Below are positions 10,430 through 19,320 of a DNA stretch of 64,000 bases, piece after piece. The notes beneath the pieces were generated by a model, which saw only the letters and a list, made by a program, of their open reading frames with translations, ran no database searches and had not been told where the DNA came from. Within the stretch, counting starts at the first letter, position 1, and each line of letters begins with the position of its first letter. The stretch is taken from IMG/VR virus record IMGVR_UViG_3300031787_000001, positions 124,001 to 188,000 of that record, one strand, 5' to 3'. Position numbers and translations under genes: made by a program.

Positions 10430-10495
10430 ATCATTATAAATATAACAAAAAAACCTCCCGGCGGGAGGTTTTAAAATTTAAATCGATTAAATGTG

Positions 10496-10828
10496 TTATC
10501 TAATAAAGAAAGATAATACAGATAATCCACCGATTAATAATGGAAACCATGTTTTCTTTCCACCCATAAGTGATAGGTGTAAAGCCACCGCACCACTCAT
10601 TACAGATACGATGATTAACAAACCGTAAAGGGATGTTGCGGGGAAAATAAATAACAATACTCCGAGTAATTCTAAGATACCGATAGGTACTCTGTAGTTT
10701 TGGAGTTTCATGAATTGAAAATTCTGAACCGATTCATTTGATTTAATAATTTTGTCTGTACCACTTTTAGATAGGGTCCAAACTGCGGGGATACTAAGAA
10801 TCCAACCGATAATTGATAATACTGTCAT
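10496..10828 (-). CDS. DoxX-like membrane protein
   Basis: About four TM helices; IGILELLGVLLFIFP, GAVALHL. Confidence 0.7.
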   Translation of the reverse strand: MTVLSIIGWILSIPAVWTLSKSGTDKIIKSNESVQNFQFMKLQNYRVPIGILELLGVLLFIFPATSLYGLLIIVSVMSGAVALHLSLMGGKKTWFPLLIGGLSVLSFFIR

Positions 10829-10912
10829 AATATATTTGTTTTATAAAGTACAATATAAACAAAATAATTGAAATAAAAAAAACCCCTCACATTGGAGGGG
10901 TTAATATTTTTT

Positions 10913-11854
10913 TTAGAAATTTATTTTAATAGGTTGACTTGATACAGTGTTTATTAATTGTGATGCCGCCTGTTGATCATTTGCAACACTTGCATTTTGT
11001 GTGTTGTAATATGTATCTCCGTTCTTGAAAACGTGTTTATTTTGTATATGTGCGTTTGCCCAATTAATTAAAAGATCATTATCTAAATTAATCATTTTTT
11101 GTCGATCCACCCCTTTATATTCTAAATAAACTAACGCCTTTACCCTATCGGTTATTTCAGGTGGTGCTTGTTGTGGTTGAGTTTGTTGAGTTTGAGTTTG
11201 TTGTGGTTTAGTTTGTTGTGTTTGTTGGCCACCCGAAGAGTTTTGACCTTTATATTTACCAAAAACCCATGCGGTGATTTTACCTCCTTCCCCATGGTAA
11301 CACCAATGTCCACACTTCCCTTTTTCATTAAAGATATCAGCGTGTCCCGATATTCCCGGCCATTTGGGGTTATTGGTTATGACAAAAATTCCTTTGTTAC
11401 CTTTTAGATATTTTTCAATATTTTCTGGAGTGTTATCTATTGAATCAATTGTAGGTTCCCCAAAAGTTCTTGTTAAATAAATTAAACTATTTTTAGCACC
11501 TGTTGTAATATCTTTACCTTTAGTGGGATACGTAATACCTTTAAACGTCCAATCTTTTTCACTTCTAAATGCACGACCACATTCTACACCCATTTTAATT
11601 AATGCCAAACATAATCTGGTTGCACATGCATTTTGGAATGTTTGTGGTGATTGTTTATATTGGTTTGGGAATATACCAGGAAAAATTTCTTCCTCATCCG
11701 CATTAGGAAAATTATTCCATAAGGCATTAAAATCCATACTTGTTACCACATTTTCAGGATTTACTGAAGCCTCGTTTAATACTTTCCTTGTTACTCCTTC
11801 GTATAGACCTCTTATTCTTGTTTTTTCTTCTTCTGTAATTATAAATTTTCCCAT
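10913..11854 (-). CDS. Leader + Tae4-family peptidoglycan amidase + Q/T-rich linker
   Basis: NACATRL (Cys) and GHADIFN (His); start reassigned to MGKFIITEEEK at 11854. Confidence 0.75.
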   Translation of the reverse strand: MGKFIITEEEKTRIRGLYEGVTRKVLNEASVNPENVVTSMDFNALWNNFPNADEEEIFPGIFPNQYKQSPQTFQNACATRLCLALIKMGVECGRAFRSEKDWTFKGITYPTKGKDITTGAKNSLIYLTRTFGEPTIDSIDNTPENIEKYLKGNKGIFVITNNPKWPGISGHADIFNEKGKCGHWCYHGEGGKITAWVFGKYKGQNSSGGQQTQQTKPQQTQTQQTQPQQAPPEITDRVKALVYLEYKGVDRQKMINLDNDLLINWANAHIQNKHVFKNGDTYYNTQNASVANDQQAASQLINTVSSQPIKINF

Positions 11855-11867
11855 ATTGAATTTTTTT

Positions 11868-12260
11868 TTAGGTTGGATAATTGGTTCTAATTTCACTAAA
11901 ATTATACAAAACCAATTTACCGTTTTCACATTTCCATCTACACAATTGATATTTCATTGATGCAGGAAGTAACCTTGCATTATATTTTCCTTCACTGTTA
12001 ACATAAACATCTGTTTTATATAACGTCACATCTTTACCATTATATTTTCCCGACCAACTATCAGGAACATTACGACCTCCTTTTAAAGGTGAGTAATGTC
12101 CTTTTTCAAATTGAAATCCTTTTAAACAAGATATATCATCTTTTTTAGGTACGATAGTAGGTTTTATAGTTGATGTGTCTCTACCCATATTTTGTTCACT
12201 GATCACATTTTTAATCAAGTCGATCAATTCACTTTCTGTTAATCTAACAACTTTCTTCAT
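11868..12260 (-). CDS. Hypothetical protein, MKKVVRLTESEL leader
   Basis: ORF track. Confidence 0.8.
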   Translation of the reverse strand: MKKVVRLTESELIDLIKNVISEQNMGRDTSTIKPTIVPKKDDISCLKGFQFEKGHYSPLKGGRNVPDSWSGKYNGKDVTLYKTDVYVNSEGKYNARLLPASMKYQLCRWKCENGKLVLYNFSEIRTNYPT

Positions 12261-12311
12261 ATTTTATTTTCTATATAAATATAACAAAAAAACACTCCCG
12301 GTTCCGGAGGT

Positions 12312-12554
12312 TTAACTTTTTCTCATCTCTCTATATTTTAGATATACACCGACAAAGAAACCCAATGATGAAGAATATTTTAAACATTCTTCCATAGTCG
12401 AACCCATCAACATAAGAATAATGAATGAGATGACAGTTGTACCGAAAACTTTCCAAAAGACACTAACCAATAAATAAAACAAACCGAATGGTAATAATAG
12501 AATAACAAAAAGAATACTGAGAATATAACCAAGTATTTTCGTTATTATTTTCAT
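12312..12554 (-). CDS. Small membrane protein
   Basis: Hydrophobic ORF followed by terminator. Confidence 0.65.
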   Translation of the reverse strand: MKIITKILGYILSILFVILLLPFGLFYLLVSVFWKVFGTTVISFIILMLMGSTMEECLKYSSSLGFFVGVYLKYREMRKS

Positions 12555-12622
12555 ATCATTATAAAATCATAATTTAATTTGATTATTTCTTTAATCCTTT
12601 GTATGTTTTCTTGTAGATTCAT
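12551..12622 (-). pseudogene. Leader-only mini-ORF MNLQENIQRIKEIIKLNYDFIMI
   Basis: First 13 residues identical to 12625..13503 leader; ATGA overlap with next gene. Confidence 0.7.
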
Positions 12623-12624
12623 TT

Positions 12625-13503
12625 TTATTTCACAATTTCTTTGAATTTATCCAAATAAACAGTTCTTTCGGAATCGACATTTATTAATTTAGTTGTTGGT
12701 GTCATATATTCGTCTTTGACTTTAATATAATATACACCATTGTCCACTACTCCGAGTTCATTCAAAAAGTAATTTATAAATTCATCATCTAAACCATTAC
12801 TTTTTAATAATCCAATCAATCCATCTTTTGTTAACTCAGTAGTTGGGTCTCCAATTGAAATATCAGGTTTTTGTTTTGTCACCTCATACTTAGTTAAATA
12901 TTGTTTCAAAACTTCTTTTGGGTCTCTTGGTTCCGTTAGTTTTCTAGTCTCAACATTTTTTAATAAAATATAAATTGGAGCGTGAAGTAAAACATTTTTA
13001 ATCTTTTCGTTTGGTATATATTGTAAAATACCATTTCCGATATCATCTATTATAATTTTTTTATGTCCACCATATTTTACTTCTTGAGCCATATACCAAT
13101 TTCTATAATCAAGTCCTTTTATTAAATCTTTATTATGTGGGTGCAAAGGGAAACCTACTGTTGTGTCTCCTCTTTTCTCTCCGAACCCTCCTTTTCTTTT
13201 TTCCGCCATTTGTTTATGAAATTCTTCACCTGATTGTGGATTAGGTCCATCACCAGAGTGGTCGTATTTGATTCTGTTTTGAATACATTGATCATCATCA
13301 CATCCAAACATATCACTATCAATTTGAACCCACTGATTGGGGTCTGTTGATTTAAAAAATGGAACCGCATTTAAAATTTTAGCAGTTTGTGATTTTCCCG
13401 CAGATGACGTTCCATCAATCAAAATGATTTCTTTTTCTTGGGTTTCTTCCGTAAGAAGTCCCATTATTTCTTTAATTCTTTGTATGTTTTCTTGTAGGTT
13501 CAT
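12625..13503 (-). CDS. P-loop kinase (chloramphenicol phosphotransferase-like)
   Basis: IILIDGTSSAGKS Walker A; IIIDD. Confidence 0.7.
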   Translation of the reverse strand: MNLQENIQRIKEIMGLLTEETQEKEIILIDGTSSAGKSQTAKILNAVPFFKSTDPNQWVQIDSDMFGCDDDQCIQNRIKYDHSGDGPNPQSGEEFHKQMAEKRKGGFGEKRGDTTVGFPLHPHNKDLIKGLDYRNWYMAQEVKYGGHKKIIIDDIGNGILQYIPNEKIKNVLLHAPIYILLKNVETRKLTEPRDPKEVLKQYLTKYEVTKQKPDISIGDPTTELTKDGLIGLLKSNGLDDEFINYFLNELGVVDNGVYYIKVKDEYMTPTTKLINVDSERTVYLDKFKEIVK

Positions 13504-14022
13504 TTAAGATTTATTAATTAACTCATTAATCAATTCATTGATTTTTTTTAAAGGTTCGTCAGTTCTTAAATCCAAATACATTTCATTTGGATTATCTTTA
13601 TTTGCATCAACAAAACCTAACTTTTTATAATACTCATGAAGTTTTGGTCCACTGAATTCGTCCCTTTTTAATGTAATGATGTTTATTTTATTTCTTTTTG
13701 AGTGTTCAAAAATATTTTTTAATAATATCAATCCAATACCTTTAATTGCATCATTTTTTCTATCTATTCTTTCTAAATAGAATTCTTTTGTTTTCCATGG
13801 AAGTTCAAGTTCGATACCCATTATTTCATCTTCACCGAAATATTTAACTTCCGCAGTTGCATCACCCAAAGAATAATATATGGTTGTCACATCACTTATT
13901 GCTCCTTTATTTACTTTTATATCTGCGGGAGTATTGTTCAATTCTTCTAATGTGGTACTTTCATTTTCTGAAATTAACCCCATCATTTCTTTAATCCTTT
14001 GTATGTTTTCTTGTAGGTTCAT
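13504..14022 (-). CDS. GNAT-like acetyltransferase
   Basis: KGIGLILL and YYKKLGF motifs. Confidence 0.7.
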   Translation of the reverse strand: MNLQENIQRIKEMMGLISENESTTLEELNNTPADIKVNKGAISDVTTIYYSLGDATAEVKYFGEDEIMGIELELPWKTKEFYLERIDRKNDAIKGIGLILLKNIFEHSKRNKINIITLKRDEFSGPKLHEYYKKLGFVDANKDNPNEMYLDLRTDEPLKKINELINELINKS

Positions 14023-14066
14023 ATTACTATGTTTATTTCTTGTTCGGTAATTATAAGTTTTCTCAT
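14019..14066 (-). pseudogene. Leader-only mini-ORF MRKLIITEQEINIVI
   Basis: Matches IITE leader; ATGA overlap with 14022 start. Confidence 0.6.
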
Positions 14067-14067
14067 A

Positions 14068-15117
14068 TTATATGTAATTATTTTCTCTCAACATAAAATG
14101 ACCTAATTCAAATGTTAAAATAGATTTAATATTTTTTTCTTCCCAGTATGGTATTCTTATTAATTGTATGTTGTTATCTTTACAATAATTTGTTTTAATT
14201 AAGTCTCTTTCTTGTAATGACTTAAATCCTTCTTCTCCACCAAAATACTCAATAGGTTCAAAATGTTGGATACCGTCATATTCTATACACACCTCAGTAC
14301 CATCATTTTTTATTACATGAGCATCAAATTTTAGTTTATCACAATATCTTTTACCACCATAACCAAAGCAACCATCGAAAGATTTTTGTTTATTTACTTT
14401 ATAACCTAATTCGTTTAATACACTTATCACCTGAGATTCGCCCTTACTTTCTTTTTTACCACATATAGGGCAACCTGTTTTTCCTTTTTTTAGGTTATGT
14501 ATGTTTATACCTTCTTGAGCAAAAACAAAAGGTGTTGTGTGTTTTGTACATATAACATCTTTAACAAATAAAGTTTTATTTTTTAAACCATCCGTCTTAT
14601 AAAAAAAATTTTCAGGTTTAAATGATAATCCTCTCTCCGCGGGAAAAGAATTAATCCAATCTCTCACATTTATTTTTACTGCAGATATAATTCTATCTTT
14701 ACCACATTTTCTACAACCGTTCCCCCTTATTTTTAAATCTTTTACATTGATGTTATTTGATATACCATGTTCCTCACCATTTTCATCTGTTTTATGACAT
14801 TTTATACCATCAATAAATCTTCTACCGTTTATTAATCTATATTTTACATTGGAAAAATCTAATTCAGGAAATTGTTTAATTAATTCTTGGGTTACCACAT
14901 CGTCATCTTTTTTTTTAGGGGAGATTCTTAACAAATATTTCGTAATATCACCCCATGTATTTGAATCGTAGTTTCTATAAATGTATGTTTTTATGCCTGA
15001 ATATTTAGGATCTTTTCTAAAATCATCCATAGACGAAAATTTAGAAACGTAATCTTTAACATCACTTAAAGTCCATATTTTTTTTTCAATTTCATATAAT
15101 ATTTCTAATAATTTCAT
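14068..15117 (-). CDS. Putative free-standing endonuclease (Zn-ribbon repeats + Vsr/DUF559-like PD-(D/E)xK domain)
   Basis: GCRKC, GCPICG, SKGE, KFD..IEYDGIQHF, IRIPYW. Confidence 0.75.
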   Translation of the reverse strand: MKLLEILYEIEKKIWTLSDVKDYVSKFSSMDDFRKDPKYSGIKTYIYRNYDSNTWGDITKYLLRISPKKKDDDVVTQELIKQFPELDFSNVKYRLINGRRFIDGIKCHKTDENGEEHGISNNINVKDLKIRGNGCRKCGKDRIISAVKINVRDWINSFPAERGLSFKPENFFYKTDGLKNKTLFVKDVICTKHTTPFVFAQEGINIHNLKKGKTGCPICGKKESKGESQVISVLNELGYKVNKQKSFDGCFGYGGKRYCDKLKFDAHVIKNDGTEVCIEYDGIQHFEPIEYFGGEEGFKSLQERDLIKTNYCKDNNIQLIRIPYWEEKNIKSILTFELGHFMLRENNYI

Positions 15118-15168
15118 ATTATCATAAATATTCTGAAAAATTTCCAGAAATTTTTTTTTTCAGTTTTA
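15112..15168. repeat. 57-bp direct repeat, copy 1
   Basis: Identical to 16603-16658 except for T-run length. Confidence 0.9.
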
Positions 15169-16608
15169 TCGATTAAAGTCCAATTTTAGGATTTTTAAGA
15201 ATTGATCAAGTTTATCATTAATGTTTTTTGTACCTATTTTTTCTAATTTTTGGTTTAAGTTATTTATTTTGGTATAGAGTGTTGGATTTGATAATCTTGC
15301 AAGACCTGATTTAAATTCTATAGAAGAGGTTATTTGACTTGGATTATGTTTATAGTTATTTATTTCTTTTTCATAATTTTTTATAATAATACTAACCACT
15401 GAGTTATTGTTTCTTTTTATAAAGTCTTTGATATTTTTAATGATTTCATTATTTTCTATTGGTTTTGTTACTATACCATATATAACATCCATTTTAGATA
15501 ATTCTGTTTCCATTAATTTTTGTATGTTATCATACATTGGGTCAATGATATCTTTAGGTAATTTTTTAAACACATTTATTCCGAATGTACTGATTAAGAT
15601 TGAAGTTAAAAAATCGGGGTCATATACCGATAAGAATTTTTTTAATACATCGTATCTTTTATTTATTACTGATCCCCTTATTATGAATTTAACTTCATCT
15701 AAATTATTTGAATTTGTCTTTATTAATTCTATTATTTCATCAGATGGTTTATTGAATATATTTTTATCTGATCTAATATTTTCTTTATTTGTTATTTTAC
15801 TATATTCTATCATCCATTCTCTAATAAAGTTTTTAAAGTCATTATTAAATTCACCATAAAAATGATAAGCATTTCCAAATTCACAAACACTTGATTCTAA
15901 AAATCTACTTATTGGGTCTTTTATGTTCCAGTCTCCCCTTTTTATAAGATAAAAGACTAATAGTCCATTTTGGACAGTATTAATTATTACTCGACCAGAA
16001 CCTTCACCGACATCACCAAATCCGGCTGATGGTATTCCCGTTTGTAATATATTGGTATATTGTGTTAAGTTTTCACAAGATGTTATTTTCGGTTTTGATG
16101 ACATTTCGGCAATATCATGTGAGTGTCTTGAAATTACAACATATAATTTATCCTCACCTTTATATTCTTTAGTTAGTGCACCTAAAAAATCAGTATAATT
16201 TTTTAAAAGTGTATTGTCATTATCATTTAATACTTTGGTTATTTTTATTTCTTGTCCGTTTCTTTTATTTTTTGCGGTATTTTTATTAAAATCAACAATT
16301 GAGTAACCTAATTCTTCTAAACTTGATGATATTTGATTTTTTAATTTATCATCTAATTTAATGTCTATTTTTAATTTTGGTGTATGTTTGGTTGGTGTAA
16401 TTTGTTCACCAGTTTGTAGATCATAGTATAAACGATAGACATTTTTACCAAATATTTCTGTTAATTTTTCTTCATAATCTGATTTTAATTGTTTTGATCT
16501 AATTTGTTTAGATAGGTTAAGTGAAATATATTCATTAATTAAATTAAAATTAGATAACGTATTTTTAATAATATTTTTAAGTTGCGATTCTTTAATTAAA
16601 ATTTTCAT
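15166..16608 (-). CDS. Hypothetical protein, MKILIKESQL leader
   Basis: 480-aa ORF. Confidence 0.8.
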   Translation of the reverse strand: MKILIKESQLKNIIKNTLSNFNLINEYISLNLSKQIRSKQLKSDYEEKLTEIFGKNVYRLYYDLQTGEQITPTKHTPKLKIDIKLDDKLKNQISSSLEELGYSIVDFNKNTAKNKRNGQEIKITKVLNDNDNTLLKNYTDFLGALTKEYKGEDKLYVVISRHSHDIAEMSSKPKITSCENLTQYTNILQTGIPSAGFGDVGEGSGRVIINTVQNGLLVFYLIKRGDWNIKDPISRFLESSVCEFGNAYHFYGEFNNDFKNFIREWMIEYSKITNKENIRSDKNIFNKPSDEIIELIKTNSNNLDEVKFIIRGSVINKRYDVLKKFLSVYDPDFLTSILISTFGINVFKKLPKDIIDPMYDNIQKLMETELSKMDVIYGIVTKPIENNEIIKNIKDFIKRNNNSVVSIIIKNYEKEINNYKHNPSQITSSIEFKSGLARLSNPTLYTKINNLNQKLEKIGTKNINDKLDQFLKILKLDFNR

Positions 16609-16658
16609 ATTATCATAAATATTCTGAAAAATTTCCAGAAATTTTTTTTTCAGTTTTA
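16603..16658. repeat. 56-bp direct repeat, copy 2
   Basis: tttcatattatcataaatattctgaaaaatttccagaaa-Tn-cagtttta. Confidence 0.9.
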
Positions 16659-16714
16659 CCCCTATTGATCCGATTTTCAGATTTTTTCCGGAAAAATTTC
16701 TGTTACGGCATTGT

Positions 16715-16867
16715 CCCCCCTTTCTAACCCCCCCTAAAAACCCCTATTTAAGGGGGGATACGGGAGGGGGGTGGTATAGGGGGGAGGGGTATGTAGGGAG
16801 ATAGGGGGGTCGCCAGAGAAATTTTGAATCGGGACGGGGGTGGTCGGTCTGTATCTTGGATAGGGGG
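16715..16867. other. C-run then G-run tract (G-quadruplex-capable) at the block boundary
   Basis: C6, C7, C4 followed by ten G3-G6 runs. Confidence 0.8.
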
Positions 16868-16870
16868 TAT

Positions 16871-16899
16871 AAAAAAAAGGTATCGTTTCCGATACCTTT
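16871..16899 (-). terminator. Intrinsic terminator
   Basis: A-run + AGGTATCG..CGATACCT. Confidence 0.75.
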
Positions 16900-16927
16900 G
16901 TGAACTCATTAGAGTCAATTTAAGACC

Positions 16928-17449
16928 TTATCTTTCTACAATGTAGTGAACACCACCCAAAGTAATTTCCTCAATAGAACTCAACTTAAATGATTGTACC
17001 AACACTCTCCTTTCTTGTGGTTGTCTTGAACTCTCACTCACTTTAACAAGGTAACTTTCAAACAATGTCTTTTCAACTTCGTTACCCTCAAAAATGTAAC
17101 TTACATTCGGTTTGATTTCGTCAAATCTTTCAACTTGTAAGTAGTGGGAATTGTGTTTCTCATTGAACAAAACACACTTTGAAATATGAACACCCACCTT
17201 ATTTTCCTCACTCACAAAATTACCCTCTCCACCCTCTTTTTTATCATTGGTATTCACTCTCGTTTCGTACTCATTTCCAATAAGGTAGTTACATTTGTTC
17301 ACTTTGAACACCTTATCATAATAAGGGTTATTTGTTTTGTTCATACGAACTTTTGTTTTGGAAACGATATTAACAAAGGTTGATTTATCAACATTCATTA
17401 AGATTTCCAATAATTCAGTTTGTCCGATTGTTTTTGTTTCTTTGTTCAT
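16928..17449 (-). CDS. Early hypothetical protein, paralog of 23462..23989; no Ala
   Basis: Shared IVSKTKVRMNK, SESSRQPQE; promoter at 17473-17504. Confidence 0.85.
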   Translation of the reverse strand: MNKETKTIGQTELLEILMNVDKSTFVNIVSKTKVRMNKTNNPYYDKVFKVNKCNYLIGNEYETRVNTNDKKEGGEGNFVSEENKVGVHISKCVLFNEKHNSHYLQVERFDEIKPNVSYIFEGNEVEKTLFESYLVKVSESSRQPQERRVLVQSFKLSSIEEITLGGVHYIVER

Positions 17450-17676
17450 AGTTTTAATTTTTAATTGTTTCACAAATATACACCCTCAAAATGTATATTT
17501 CCAAATTTTTTTTTCCCTTTAACAAAACTTTAACATTTCGGGGGTGAAGGTTCGGGGTGACTTTTTTCGTGGCGAGAACCTACAAAGATACAAAATTATT
17601 TGTTAATAAAAAGTTAAAGTTTTCGTTAACAAAATTTTAAGAAAAAAAATTTGGAGGTGAACCCGTGAAGGTTTGG

Positions 17677-17762
17677 ATTTTCTGTGGCGTGTAGGAAAAA
17701 AACCACAAAGGTACGAAATTATTTGTTAATAAAAAGTTAAAGTTATTATGAGCCAGAGAAAA
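17677..17762. repeat. TGGC inverted element (63-bp spacer); extra half-site 17564-17573
   Basis: ATTTTCTGTGGC..GCCAGAGAAAA; 40-bp direct repeats 17582-17621/17705-17744. Confidence 0.6.
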
Positions 17763-17888
17763 AGTTTTCCGGGTGATCCGGGGTTTACCCGTAAAATTCT
17801 TTAACATAACATTAACATTCGGGTTGATTGTTTTGGGGTGTATAAGGTGTATATTTGTATATCGTTCACAAGTTAAAACTCTACTACT

Positions 17889-18263
17889 ATGTTAAAAAGA
17901 ACTCTCACACTCGGACTTCATCATTGGACTGACAATGACTTAATCCTGAACTTTTATGTTACCAAATTCGGTACTCGGTACATTCATTTGAAAACCGAAG
18001 AAGAACTCTCCAAATTCATCGGTACAACTCCTTGTTCGTTTACCAAACAACAGATGAACTTCCGTTACCTTATGGGGTGTAAATCAAATGTCCTGACTGA
18101 CTACTCCAAACTTCAAAAGTTGGTGTTTGAAATGTTTGATGAAATCTCCTTCTACGAATTTCATCAAATCGTGAAAAAGATAGTTGGACAAGATGAATAC
18201 GAAAGAAATAAATTCTTTGTGGAAAATGGATATAACCCTGAACGAATGATAATGATAAGTTAA
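17889..18263 (+). CDS. Early hypothetical protein; no Ala
   Basis: Promoter upstream, terminator downstream. Confidence 0.8.
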   Translation: MLKRTLTLGLHHWTDNDLILNFYVTKFGTRYIHLKTEEELSKFIGTTPCSFTKQQMNFRYLMGCKSNVLTDYSKLQKLVFEMFDEISFYEFHQIVKKIVGQDEYERNKFFVENGYNPERMIMIS

Positions 18264-18414
18264 TCGGGTTGGAAACTGAAACGAAACCTCAACAGAAATG
18301 TTGGGGTTTTTTATTTCCCACAGAACTCCGTGTTCACCAGATTCGCTGGTGGTAAATTTCTTTGGCTTGTAGAACCAGTTAGAAGATGTGGTTGGGGACA
18401 CCGCATGCGAAAAT

Positions 18415-18475
18415 ATTTCTGTGGCGGTTGTCTTACATAATAGGGGTATTACAGGAGGTTACACGCCAAGGAAAT
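18415..18475. repeat. TGGC inverted element, spacer 39 (extra half-site 18356-18366)
   Basis: ATTTCTGTGGC/GCCAAGGAAAT. Confidence 0.85.
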
Positions 18476-18594
18476 TCCATAATCCCGGATCACCTGTCGT
18501 GTCATCGTATTACACATTCACAAAACTTTAACAAAATAAATTTGGATATAAGGGTATAAATTGGTTAACTTTGACGAAACAAACTTTCAAAGTT

Positions 18595-18876
18595 ATGTCT
18601 TACACAAAAGAAGAAATCAAAATGAACTTGTCAAGAAACCCTAAATGGATAGAAAGAGCGTTGGTTGTCTTACATAACCTCCAAACTACCGAAGAACAAA
18701 TCACAAACGAAACAATCAAAGAGAATGGGGTTGGTTTTAATTCATCGGATAGTCGGTATCTCTCCTATTGTGCGAAATGGATAAAGGGTGGTAATCACTT
18801 AAACGAGAAACACCTCACTAAATGTGGTCAGAAACTCCCAAAGTATTGGAAACAAATACACTCAATGATTAAGTAA
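18595..18876 (+). CDS. Early hypothetical protein
   Basis: ATG downstream of promoter. Confidence 0.8.
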   Translation: MSYTKEEIKMNLSRNPKWIERALVVLHNLQTTEEQITNETIKENGVGFNSSDSRYLSYCAKWIKGGNHLNEKHLTKCGQKLPKYWKQIHSMIK

Positions 18877-18964
18877 CTTCACACTCCACTCAAAACATTA
18901 AACCTCCGATAGTATCGGGGGTTTTTTGTTAGAACTCCGTGTTCACCAGATTCGCTGGTAGATA

Positions 18965-19010
18965 TTTTTTGTGGCGGATAGGTACAGATTAACCTACTCG
19001 CCATGGAAAA
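18965..19010. repeat. TGGC inverted element, spacer 24
   Basis: TTTTTTGTGGC/GCCATGGAAAA. Confidence 0.85.
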
Positions 19011-19128
19011 TTATCCTGATCGCAACAGCGGTTCACGGGGAAAATTCGTTAACAACATTTTAACAATAAAAATTTGGAAATATAAGGTATAATGTCGTAT
19101 ATTTGATAAACAATTAAAAACTACTACA

Positions 19129-19308
19129 ATGGACAAAATCACTCTCACACTCCTTCTCCTTACACTCGGACTAATGGGGTTAACAATGTTATTCTCTCAC
19201 TATATGAGGAATGACAAAATCTCAAACATTTTTCTTCGTGTTTTATTCGGTTTGACAATGATGACATTCACTCTCTTTATGATGGACATTTTTCTCTCAA
19301 ACATTTAA
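19129..19308 (+). CDS. 59-aa two-TM membrane protein (not in ORF track)
   Basis: MDKITLTLLLLTLGLMG.. directly after promoter. Confidence 0.7.
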   Translation: MDKITLTLLLLTLGLMGLTMLFSHYMRNDKISNIFLRVLFGLTMMTFTLFMMDIFLSNI

Positions 19309-19320
19309 TAACTACCAACT

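Noticed and set aside
1470-15859. Plus-strand shadow ORFs (1470, 2880, 6406, 6911, 8561, 9103, 9957, 11168, 11523, 15407)
   Set aside because: Antisense to well-supported genes; no motifs.
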